DNA from: a virus
Strand: one strand, 5' to 3'
Virus record (IMG/VR): IMGVR_UViG_3300042465_009257
Location: 96,001-160,000 of that record
Length of the DNA stretch: 64,000 nt
Made by a program: the position numbers and the translations under genes. Each line of letters starts with the position of its first letter. Within the stretch, counting starts at the first letter, position 1. Below are positions 18,552-28,500 of this stretch, in pieces. The notes under the pieces are model-generated. The model was not told where the DNA came from, made no database searches, and saw nothing but the letters and a program-made list of their open reading frames with translations.

Positions 18552-20168
18552 TTAAGGGGCCACTATTGGAGGTGCAGTTACAATGACTAAACGAGGGCGA
18601 ATAGAGGCAACAAGATTATTAGCTGAATTAAATTGTAATCCATCTCCACTACTTTCATCAGGCCCTTGAAGTAGCCAACCATTATTAGAAGATGGAGTCG
18701 TAACCCAGCCTTGTACGGTAGCTACATTTAGATTTATTGTGCAAAATCCAGTATAATTATCCAAGCCTTGCCCTACAGGAGTGGGACCATAAATTGTTTC
18801 AGGAGTACTTACAGCATCTACGTTATTAGCGCTGATTCCATTTACAAGGGTATCCCAAGTATCTGTAGCTACCCATGGAATTAAGATCTTATGCATTACG
18901 AAGCCAAGCCCTTCAGTTCCGATAAGTATTTCCAGATAAGCCTGGATTACTATTTGATCTGTAGGTATAGATGATAAATCAAACTGAATAAATGCTTGTC
19001 TTGTTCTAGAGACAGTTGGATAAGCCGAATAATCCCAGTCAACCACCAAAGTTGTTGATGTTCCATTCGCAGTAGTAGGAAGACTTGAATCTAAATACGT
19101 ATCAACATTTCCCGTGTAAGATGATACCCCTTGTTGAAAACTATAAGTAGTAGGTGCTCCCAATGAACGATCAAAGCGAAAAAGTGGATAATTCGTACTA
19201 GTCCCGCCGTGTGTTGTAACGTATTCAGAACAGGTATAATAATATAAACCAGATGAGTCAAAGCAGATTGCTTCCCCCTGAGGTTCTGCGTTGGTTTGAA
19301 CAGCTTTAAAACCACTTGCTTTTATTCCTGTCGCGCATGGCATTTGAGTTGGCGCAGTCGCCAAAGCATCATAAACGGTTTGAGTTGATGGATTGCGGGA
19401 AAAACGAGAGACTTTATCGTAAGAGCGAACTAGAATTTCGGTTCCATTTGGGGAAATACAGCCCCCGGTCGCATACCCATCATTACCAGAAGGTGTGGTG
19501 GAAAGTGTATTAAAAGTAGCATCTGCCGAAAGTTCCCCCATGTAAGTCAGCGTTTGAGTTCCGGTGTAACTCGCGGCCCATGACAATTTATAACATAAAG
19601 TTGGTGTAATTCTCTTTGTAATAATAAAAAGATCTCCAGTAAGAGGGTCTATAATCGCCGCCTCAACATCTTTATGCGTAGGAATATTCCCTCCTGGAAA
19701 GGCACAGACGATTTCTTCCCAATCAGTTCCGCTGGCTAAAGTCCCATCACTTCCTGTGACAACTGGCTCTTTTATCCGAAATACTTTAAATGTAGCCCTG
19801 GCATTGGCATTATCACCAGTATCCAGTAAATATACATAAGCGATGCCGCCGCGCCGAACTGAGCCGCATTCTTCTACGTCAGAAACACTCGCTCCAGTAA
19901 GAACCCACTTTCCTGCATTGGCGGCAGTGGCGCGATTAATGGCGATAATATGAGGATTTGCGCCGTCCTCAATTGCCCAAATATAATTCTTATTTTCTTG
20001 ACGTTGAGCAGTAGCTAATCCAGAAAGTTCAACATAAGCAATCGGTAAATTGCCAACCTTGACTGGGCCATAAAACCACCCTTTTTTACTCTGCTGTGAA
20101 GCAGCAGGATGCCCTGATAAGCTGACAACCGATAAGAGTAAAAAAATAATAAATAGAATACGATTCAT
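18552..20168 (-). CDS. secreted beta-propeller plus DNRLRE-type carbohydrate-binding domain protein
   Basis: Signal peptide MNRILFIIFLLLSVVSLSG. Propeller motifs DVEE, DTGDN, DVEA, PQGEAICF. C-terminal DTYLDS...AFIQFDLSSIP...RPRLVI. Confidence 0.65.
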   Translation of the reverse strand: MNRILFIIFLLLSVVSLSGHPAASQQSKKGWFYGPVKVGNLPIAYVELSGLATAQRQENKNYIWAIEDGANPHIIAINRATAANAGKWVLTGASVSDVEECGSVRRGGIAYVYLLDTGDNANARATFKVFRIKEPVVTGSDGTLASGTDWEEIVCAFPGGNIPTHKDVEAAIIDPLTGDLFIITKRITPTLCYKLSWAASYTGTQTLTYMGELSADATFNTLSTTPSGNDGYATGGCISPNGTEILVRSYDKVSRFSRNPSTQTVYDALATAPTQMPCATGIKASGFKAVQTNAEPQGEAICFDSSGLYYYTCSEYVTTHGGTSTNYPLFRFDRSLGAPTTYSFQQGVSSYTGNVDTYLDSSLPTTANGTSTTLVVDWDYSAYPTVSRTRQAFIQFDLSSIPTDQIVIQAYLEILIGTEGLGFVMHKILIPWVATDTWDTLVNGISANNVDAVSTPETIYGPTPVGQGLDNYTGFCTINLNVATVQGWVTTPSSNNGWLLQGPDESSGDGLQFNSANNLVASIRPRLVIVTAPPIVAP

Positions 20169-20169
20169 A

Positions 20170-21909
20170 TTATTGCAGATTTCCAGAGATTACAACGGCA
20201 TTGGTGGCGTAGCTCATTATATCTACGACAGCGAATTGACCTTGGGTGGAGAGAAGAGTTCCGAAACTATTAATGGTCGCCGAAGCTCCTGGCGCGAGAG
20301 TAACAACGCCCGCTCCCCCTTGAACGATTTTGCAGGTAAAGTTCGCGGCGAGACCACTTGGAACAGTAAGAGTAATAGCTGAAGCATTTGTAAGAGTCAC
20401 AACCTTATCTTTATCAGAAGCTTGAAGAGTATAAGTAGTTCCTGTTTGGGCATTAATACCCCCAAGTGTAGCCCATTGTGGAGCAGTTGCCCCAGCATTA
20501 ACTTGCAAAACTTGTCCAGCTGTTCCAATTGCAAGCCGAGTCGCTGTGTCGGAACCAGTCCCATAGGCAAGATCTCCAGCTACATTCCATAATACATCAG
20601 TAGCCATATTCCCGCCTGAGGAAGGAGTCTGCCATGTTGCAGTTGTCCCACTTGTTGCCATTAGAACTTGACCATTAGTTGGAGCGGTTGCGGCTGATAC
20701 GCTTACAGTGGTGGTCGCAGATCTTAAAGCATTAGAAGTTCCAGCTGTAAATCCATTAGCAGTTCCGCTAATATTCGTTCCAACCAAAGTAGAAGGAGTT
20801 CCTAAATTAGGATTTATTAGGGTTGGCGAATCATTCATGACAACGAATCCCGTTCCTGTTTCATTAGAAATTACTCCTGCAAATTGGGCCGAGGTTGTGG
20901 CGGCAAATTGACTAAGGGGATTAGTAGTTAAAGCGTTTCCTGATGTAGCAGGATTTTGCCAACTTGCGACGCTTGAACTTGTGGCCGTTAAAATTTGACC
21001 AGCACTAGGAGCAGCAGAGGCCGATACACTGACAGTCGTAGTAGCAGACTTTAATGCATTGGAAACGCCAGAAGTAAGATTAGCAGCAGTTCCACTAATG
21101 TTTGTTCCGACTAAAGTGGAAGGAGTTCCTAAATTTGGAGCAATCAGAGTAGGATTATTGTTCATAACAACAAAACCAATTCCCGTTTCATCTGAAATCG
21201 CATTGGCAAAATTTCCACTGCTAGGAGTTCCCAAAAAGGTGGCAACTGCTGGCCCTAAACCGCTTACACCAGTACTGATTGGCAAGCCCGTCGCATTCGT
21301 TAAAGTCACGCTGGTCGGAGTTCCTAAAATTGGAGTTACTAAAGTTGGGGAGGTATTATAAACTAAAAGATTAGTTCCTGTTTCATTTGACATAACTCCG
21401 GCGAGTTGGGCGGAAGTCGTTGCCGCAAACTGGCTGAGAGGATTTTCCGTTAAAGCATTCCCTGATCCAACCGAAACAGTTGCCCCGTTAATTCTAGCTT
21501 TTAAAGCATTTGCGGTAGAATCATACCATAAATCACCGTTGACAAGAGTTGATGGATCAGAGGCTACCGCGCCGACATTAATGCCCGCCACTGTAGCACC
21601 AGGATTAAAACTAATGCGGACATTATCAAGCCAAGTCGCCGCGCCATTGACGGTCAAAGACGCGAAAGTCCCCGCGCCTGGAGTCACTGCCCCGATTGCG
21701 CCGGGTGCCCCCATCATTGTAGAAAGCAACGTACTATAATAGAGATTTTGGGTGGCATTGGTTCCAGAGTCCCAAAATAGAAAGGCATCCCCGGCGGCGG
21801 GGGTAGAATTAGTTGGGTAATCAGTTCCAGACCCTTGTTTCTTCCACGCGCCAAAAGAGGAGGTCGTAAGAGCCAGGACTAAAATCAGAGAGAGATAGAT
21901 TTTATTCAT
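20170..21909 (-). CDS. fibre-like protein with signal peptide and internal repeats
   Basis: Signal-like MNKIYLSLILVLALTTSSFGA; repeated SNETG..VV.N.SPTL..P.LGTPS; C-terminal INAQTGTTYTLQASD...SGNL fibre-tip domain. Confidence 0.7.
   Translation of the reverse strand: MNKIYLSLILVLALTTSSFGAWKKQGSGTDYPTNSTPAAGDAFLFWDSGTNATQNLYYSTLLSTMMGAPGAIGAVTPGAGTFASLTVNGAATWLDNVRISFNPGATVAGINVGAVASDPSTLVNGDLWYDSTANALKARINGATVSVGSGNALTENPLSQFAATTSAQLAGVMSNETGTNLLVYNTSPTLVTPILGTPTSVTLTNATGLPISTGVSGLGPAVATFLGTPSSGNFANAISDETGIGFVVMNNNPTLIAPNLGTPSTLVGTNISGTAANLTSGVSNALKSATTTVSVSASAAPSAGQILTATSSSVASWQNPATSGNALTTNPLSQFAATTSAQFAGVISNETGTGFVVMNDSPTLINPNLGTPSTLVGTNISGTANGFTAGTSNALRSATTTVSVSAATAPTNGQVLMATSGTTATWQTPSSGGNMATDVLWNVAGDLAYGTGSDTATRLAIGTAGQVLQVNAGATAPQWATLGGINAQTGTTYTLQASDKDKVVTLTNASAITLTVPSGLAANFTCKIVQGGAGVVTLAPGASATINSFGTLLSTQGQFAVVDIMSYATNAVVISGNLQ
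20640..21455 (-). repeat. internal duplication in fibre gene
   Basis: Two copies of NALT.NPLSQFAATTSAQ.AGV.SNETG and of SNAL.SATTTVSVSA..AP..GQ.L.ATS; three copies of the PTL..P.LGTP unit. Boundaries are approximate. Confidence 0.75.
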
Positions 21910-21930
21910 TTTTAAATTATTTAAATAATA

Positions 21931-23433
21931 TTATGCTAGAGTGAGGGAGACGGATCTGACTACGCCATCAGAGCCTTTCAGTCTGAGAGTTAATGAGGTA
22001 TTACTAGTTGCCTCGACAACAAGGTCACCGTTGCTAGCTGGAATTACAGATGCCAAGGGCTGCTGTACGAAAGTTCCATTATTTGTAATTTTAACCGTTT
22101 TACCATTTGCGTTCGCTTCAAGTAAATTATCGCATGTAACACTAGTTGAATTAAGAACAATTCCTTTATGACCATTTGGAACTGAAACCCCCACCTCAGT
22201 AGAGCCAAGGGCGGCTCCAGCAACCATTATTTTAGCTACAGAAAATGTACATACACTTGATATATTATTAGAATCTAACATTCTTAAAACAGTAGTGCCG
22301 CCTAATATAAAATCAATCCCACGATTATCAGCGTAAGATCCGCCTTTCTCCGTCCCAATCCTTAGAATATTACTTGTCCAGCCAAATGTCGCCCGGTCAA
22401 AATTGGTGGCTGGGGTGGCGTCAGTAGAATTATAAACGCGGAATGTTTGAGCGTTACCAATATTACGCTGGGCTAGAGTTCCGGTTGCATCTCGAAATAA
22501 AAATAAATCGTTGCCGCCGTTGTAATTATTATTTACGTTATTCCACCCAATACGAGCGGTACTAATTAAGCTAATACCGTTATAGTTCCCAGTTGGATGG
22601 TAAATATTATTTCCAATTAATGCCCCATCTGCCCCAGCGATATAAACATTACCGCCTCCATGGGCAGAAATTCCCGCCCCTCCACCGCAATAGATTAATC
22701 CTGATTTATTTACAGTAAACTTACTTATCCCACCAACTTGCAAATCTATCAAATTTGATGAAATATTCGACGCCGTATCAGTCACATTCAACTTCACACT
22801 TGTAAACAACTGCTGAATCGTCCCCCCGGAAACCCAGGTAGCCGTAGTAGCATTTGCATAAGAAACTGAAGTCGTAGTAGAAGCAGTCACCACAAAAGTC
22901 CCGTTATATCCAGCTGGATTGATACTCGCGACGACAATAGTAGATCCAACCACTATCGCGGCACTTTGCGCGGCAAAAGTAATAGTCGCAATCGAACCCG
23001 TGCCGCTTGCGCCCGTGACGGTGATATTACTATTCCAAGTTTCGGCGATGTCGAGTTTGGCCGTTGGCGCGGGATTACCGATACCAATTTTATTATCATT
23101 AACAACCAAAGCATTACTTCCGTAAGTCCCCATTGTAATTTTGTCCGTAAAATTAGATTCAACTTCAACAATAGGCAGGCCCGCCGCGTCATTGACGGAA
23201 AATACAACCCCAGTCACACTATCGGACACGCCGAATAATCTGCCGTAAGAGCCGTCAACAGTAAATCTATCCAAGAAGCTTTCCCCGGTAGTGTAGCTGC
23301 TTATATTCAAGCCGCCAGCATTATCGTAAGACAATCGCGGCGCGGCGGAAAGGGGGGAAATTCCGCTGAAATTCGGCGATTGTGAATCGAAAATAATAGC
23401 GCCTGAAGCGGGAATCATTAATATATTTGCCAT
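21931..23433 (-). CDS. modular tail fibre protein
   Basis: KIGIGNPAPTAKLDI fibre repeat; shares modules with 25564..29328 and 35376..36608. Confidence 0.75.
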   Translation of the reverse strand: MANILMIPASGAIIFDSQSPNFSGISPLSAAPRLSYDNAGGLNISSYTTGESFLDRFTVDGSYGRLFGVSDSVTGVVFSVNDAAGLPIVEVESNFTDKITMGTYGSNALVVNDNKIGIGNPAPTAKLDIAETWNSNITVTGASGTGSIATITFAAQSAAIVVGSTIVVASINPAGYNGTFVVTASTTTSVSYANATTATWVSGGTIQQLFTSVKLNVTDTASNISSNLIDLQVGGISKFTVNKSGLIYCGGGAGISAHGGGNVYIAGADGALIGNNIYHPTGNYNGISLISTARIGWNNVNNNYNGGNDLFLFRDATGTLAQRNIGNAQTFRVYNSTDATPATNFDRATFGWTSNILRIGTEKGGSYADNRGIDFILGGTTVLRMLDSNNISSVCTFSVAKIMVAGAALGSTEVGVSVPNGHKGIVLNSTSVTCDNLLEANANGKTVKITNNGTFVQQPLASVIPASNGDLVVEATSNTSLTLRLKGSDGVVRSVSLTLA

Positions 23434-23451
23434 TTTAATTATTTATTAGTT

Positions 23452-24138
23452 TTAGAGTAATCCAAATCTGGATTTAGTCGCGTTAAAATTTTGTTTGATT
23501 TCTTGAGGAGATAAGGCTCTGTTGTAAATAGATGTTTGAGCAATATTACCTTTCCAAAAACTATTGCCAGCAACACTTCCATTTCCAATCCATGGACCAT
23601 CAGGAAATCCCGCAGATGATCCAGCAGATGATTGAGATAATAATACTGAATTTACATATATTTTAGCGGCTCCATCATAAACTGCGACTGCATTATACCA
23701 AGTATTGATTAAAGGCGCATTATTATTATTATTTGTTTGTATAGCTGGACCTAAATATAAATTAAATCCATTTGCGCCATTATTTCCGACATTAATTCCA
23801 AAAAAAGAACCAATGCCACCTCCAACGTAAACCTTAGGACATGCTATCATTGGAAAATTTCCAGCGCCAGAAATAAGATAGACCCAAGAAGATATAGTAA
23901 AAAAACTATTAGATGTGATAATAGATGACGTATCTACATAATCATTTGTCCCATCAAAAACTATATTTCCACCATTAGCGCCACTAAATGTGGAACCATT
24001 AATTAATGTCCCATTATTCCCATTCCCGCTCCGATCAAACCAAGTCGCGCCGCTGCCAGGATAACTTTTCTTATCCGCCGCGTCTAAACATAATACCAAA
24101 CCATTTGTCACAATATCAGGACTGGCGCTAGAACTCAT
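23452..24138 (-). CDS. LamG/concanavalin A-like lectin domain virion protein (copy 3)
   Basis: IVTNGLVLCLDAADKKSYPG...FDGTNDYV...IYNRALS..EI.QNFNA. Confidence 0.85.
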   Translation of the reverse strand: MSSSASPDIVTNGLVLCLDAADKKSYPGSGATWFDRSGNGNNGTLINGSTFSGANGGNIVFDGTNDYVDTSSIITSNSFFTISSWVYLISGAGNFPMIACPKVYVGGGIGSFFGINVGNNGANGFNLYLGPAIQTNNNNNAPLINTWYNAVAVYDGAAKIYVNSVLLSQSSAGSSAGFPDGPWIGNGSVAGNSFWKGNIAQTSIYNRALSPQEIKQNFNATKSRFGLL

Positions 24139-24830
24139 ATTCCATACCTCCCTCTTGTGGCGTTGAAGTTTTGGAGGATTTCTTGTGCTGTGAGCGCTCT
24201 ATTGTATATTTTAACGCCACCAATGCTACCACCAAATCCTGAACCTCCAGAACGAGAGCCTATAAGTAAAGGTTGAGTGTGGCCCGTTGGTCCATTTAAA
24301 ATAGAGGAATTGGTGTTTCTTAAAATGCCATTAACATAAATTTTAGCCGTAGTTACCGTTCGATCATAAGTTCCTACTACATGATACCAGTTTCCATCAT
24401 TAGTAACAATTCCAGTAACTACCCAATTATCACTATTAGGTTGTAACATAAAAACTAATTGACCAGGTATTCCAGGTGATCCTAGCGAACTACTAAAAAT
24501 TTGAAGTTGATAGTGACTGTTAATACTAGATTTCTCTATTAATACAGTGTTAAGAGGTGTCGTATATTTTACCCATGTCTCTAAACTAATAGTATTTACT
24601 AAATTTATATTATCGCTATTAGGTACTGTTACATAATCTGTTCCATCAAAACTCAAAGAACCTCCATTGCCACTATTAAATGTTGGGGTACTTACTAATG
24701 TTCCATTATTCCCATTCCCGCTCCGATCAGTCCAAAGCGTTCCAGTCCCAGGATAACTCTTCTTATCGGCGGCGTCTAAACACAAGACCAGCCCATTAGT
24801 TACAATTTTAGGAGAGTGACTTAAGCTCAT
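24135..24830 (-). CDS. LamG/concanavalin A-like lectin domain virion protein (copy 2)
   Basis: Same motifs as copy 3, plus WYHVVGTYD. Confidence 0.85.
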   Translation of the reverse strand: MSLSHSPKIVTNGLVLCLDAADKKSYPGTGTLWTDRSGNGNNGTLVSTPTFNSGNGGSLSFDGTDYVTVPNSDNINLVNTISLETWVKYTTPLNTVLIEKSSINSHYQLQIFSSSLGSPGIPGQLVFMLQPNSDNWVVTGIVTNDGNWYHVVGTYDRTVTTAKIYVNGILRNTNSSILNGPTGHTQPLLIGSRSGGSGFGGSIGGVKIYNRALTAQEILQNFNATRGRYGI

Positions 24831-25561
24831 ATTCCGAACCTTCCTCTTGTTGAATTGAAGTTTTGTTGAATTTCTGCTGTAGAGAATGCTCTATTATAAA
24901 ATCGTATTAGCGGTATAGTTCCTATCCAGTTATTTGCTCCGCCACTGGACCTTGAACCAATGTTCCTATGGGTTGTTCCAGCACCTAGTGTATTTACATT
25001 CGGTCTGCCGTTTCCAATCTGATTTGTACTAGTAGTACTTTGTAATACTCCATTTAAGTATATAGAAACGCTAGATCCATTCCAAGAGCATACTAAATAG
25101 TAAAAAGTGTTTGCGAATAATGTTGAAGTAGTTCTTGCTCCTGTATTAAAACCTCCAGCATTGTCAAACCAACCTGATCCATTATTTAAATCTATTCCAA
25201 AAGCTATTACACCAGAAGGATTATAAAGCGCTATCCAAGTGCTATTTTCTTGAATATAAAGTTGATGATAGTTTCCTACTGTTGGTAGTGAATTTGAATA
25301 GCAAATAAATTCATACGTAGCCGAAGTAAATCCTGATTGTATATTTGTTGTCAAATTAACATGATCATTGGTCCCATCAAAAATAATAGACCCGCCATTG
25401 GCACTGCTAAATGTAGGTCCATTTGTTAAAGTGCCATTATTTCCTCTACCACTCCTATCCGCCCAAACAGTGCCGCTTCCAGGATAGCTCTTCTTATCCG
25501 CCGCATCTAAACACAGCACCAGCCCATTACTCACAATCTTATTCTGATAATTACACGCCAT
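24827..25561 (-). CDS. LamG/concanavalin A-like lectin domain virion protein (copy 1)
   Basis: Same motifs; the three copies are coupled by ATGA overlaps. Confidence 0.85.
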   Translation of the reverse strand: MACNYQNKIVSNGLVLCLDAADKKSYPGSGTVWADRSGRGNNGTLTNGPTFSSANGGSIIFDGTNDHVNLTTNIQSGFTSATYEFICYSNSLPTVGNYHQLYIQENSTWIALYNPSGVIAFGIDLNNGSGWFDNAGGFNTGARTTSTLFANTFYYLVCSWNGSSVSIYLNGVLQSTTSTNQIGNGRPNVNTLGAGTTHRNIGSRSSGGANNWIGTIPLIRFYNRAFSTAEIQQNFNSTRGRFGI

Positions 25562-25563
25562 AT

Positions 25564-28500
25564 TTAAATCTCAGTCTGTAGTTTATCAACGTCTTTGCGC
25601 TCCCCGAAAATTACGTAATTGTAAAAACCATCAACATTGCCCACCTCGACGCTCTCGGAATTCTGAGACGCGACGAATAGCTGCTGGGGCTTGCCGATTT
25701 GCGTGAGGGTGACGGTGACGGAATCTTCGTCTACTAATTCGCGCCAATACTCCGGCAAAAGAATAATGGATTCATTTGTTTTGCCGCGAATGTAAACGCC
25801 GTTTTCTGGACCTTCCAAACAGGCGTATTGGAGTTGTTTGGCGGCTTTGGTGGGATGCGGGATTAGGAATGATTTAGTCGCGGCGGAAAAGTGGCCGGAG
25901 ACTTTGGCATTGCCGACAACGTCGAGTTTTTCTGTGGGAAGGGCTATCCCAATACCAATATTTCCTGTTCTTAATATAGTTAAAGATGGAGTAGCATTCC
26001 ATGATCCTAATTTAGAATCAATATTAAAACTGCCGTTAAGATCAAGTCTAAATGCGCAGTATATATTGCTTGTGCCTGCTTGGCCAAGCATTACAGAACT
26101 ATCAGTCGATCCAATAGTACTGGTTAAAGGGCTTTGTACATTTAGTCTTGCGCCTGGAGCATTTGTTCCAATACCAACATCCCCAGTACTAGTAACCGTC
26201 ATTCGAGTCGTACCGTCCGTCTGAAACTCCATCGCACGAGCCGCGCCGCCGACGCTCCCCTTCTCAGTCCCGATCTTCAGAACATTAGTGTCCCATTTCA
26301 GATTTAAGCGCTCAAATGTCGTCGCGTCTGTGTAGGTGTTATAGAGTCTGAAGGTTTGAGCGTTGGCAAGATTACGTTGAGCTAGGATTCCTGCTCCTTC
26401 TCTGGAAAGGACAATATCTTGAGCTACTAATCCCCAGCTTAAAGTACATCCCGTCATTTCATATTGTAGCCCCGAATAAGCAGTTGTATCATTTAAACTG
26501 CTTACTCCGCTCATAGCGAATTGTATTTTATAACTACTAGGGCTATATACACCTACTGCATAGCTACCAGACAATGGGAATGCTAAAGCAGGACTATTAG
26601 AAGCTCCTGATGCTCCTCCAATGTAACTTCCGTATTTTGTAACTTTAGCTTTACTTACTCCACCAACTTGGAAATCTAAAAGATTACTACCAACATTCGA
26701 TGCCGTATCAGTCACATTAAGCTTTACCGCTGTAAATAATTGCTGCACAGTTCCTCCAGAAACCCAGGCTGCCGTAGTTGTATTCGCGTAAGAAACCGAA
26801 GTTAAACTCGAAGCCGTTACAATGAAAGTTCCATTATATCCAGAAGGATTAATACCCGTGACAACAATCGTAGATCCAACTGGAATTACAGCAGTTTGCG
26901 TAGCGAAAGTAATTGTTGCAATTGTGCCCGTGCCACTCGCTCCAGTAATAGCCACGCTATTATTATTCCATGTTTCTGCTATATCTAGTTTAGCAAATGG
27001 CGCGGCAGTTCCGATGCCGACATTACCAATTGCGGTAGTGCCATCATGAGCCAGAATTACATCTCCGTCTTTCGGACTAGTATTGGCCGCAACAGCTTTG
27101 CCGCCATAAACAAAAATTTTACCGCCAAAATTAAGACCACCTGTTGCTGCACTATTAGCGTCACCAGCCTTAAGTTTTAGCATTTCTCCAGGATGACCAG
27201 TTGACGCAGTTTCATTGATTTGGATAAATCTAGAACCTGTACCATTAGTTCCTGTTGTACTAAATTGGATTCCCGTATTGGTATAGTTGCCACCCTGATC
27301 ACCGGGGTTTTGAACTAGATTTCCTGATGAATCTAGTTGCCACATTCTTCTCAAAACTCCAGCAGAATCTGAGATAAAGAAGTTTAAAGAATTAAATCCT
27401 GCGGGGCGATACGCAGATCCTTCAATTTTAGCTGACTCGTAATTCCCTTGGCTATTATTAGAATGAAAACTAATTGATGGTAATACATAAACTGCTCCTG
27501 CATCGTAACCTTCGATTTTGATTGTAGGGGATACGCCGCCGCGCAAATGAAGAAGAGTGGAAGGAGTCGTGGTTCCAATACCAACATTCCCTGCGCTTGG
27601 ATTAAGAAGAACTTTCCCATTATCACCATTGAAAATTTGAATCTTAGATAATTGATCTGATGATCCTAAAGAGTTATAAACTGTAAAGTTAATTGCAGGA
27701 TTTGTCGTATCCCCTGATGGAAACCAGTTTGAAGTTAACTTTAACTGATTATATGTAGCCCCTGCAATACTACTACTTGTAATAGTTTTTACATGTAACC
27801 CAACTCCATCAAATGAGAATAAAGTATTACCTGTATTTCCAGAATCTATAACACTAAATCCTCCTCCACCAAGTTGTAATGTTGTTCCAAAAACCCCTTG
27901 TACGAAAGCCTCTATAGATGTATTATACGGCTTAAAGCTTATACGAGAATTATTTGATGTATCACCAAAACTTCCAATAATAACGCCCGTACCGCCAGAC
28001 TTTTTAACATCAAGAAGATATGAAGGAGCATTCGTACCAATACCAACATTCCCCGTACTTAATACCCTTAATCTTTCCGTCGCATCAGTTTCTAAAACAA
28101 GATCTCTCGCCGCGCCGCCGACACTGCCTTTTTCAGTCCCGATCTTCAGAACATTCGTGTCCCATTTTAGGTTTAGTCTCTCGAAGGCAGTGGCATCTGT
28201 ATATGTATTATAAAGTCGGAAGGTTTGAGCGTTTAATCCGTTTCGTTGGGCTAGGGTCCCTGTCGCATCTCTAAAAAGTGCTAAATCTCCATTACCATTT
28301 GCGGCATAACTTAAAGAGGACCATGAAAAACTTCCATTATTAGCTAATTGGACTAGTCCAAGAAGACTTTCCCAAAATGCAATTTTAGATGTATTTGGAG
28401 TTAAAACATTAGCTTTGCTTCCAATTTCAATCCATCCGCTTGGAGCAGCACCTTTTATGGCGAAAGCATCGTCTAAAATAATTGCATTTGCTCCAAGATT

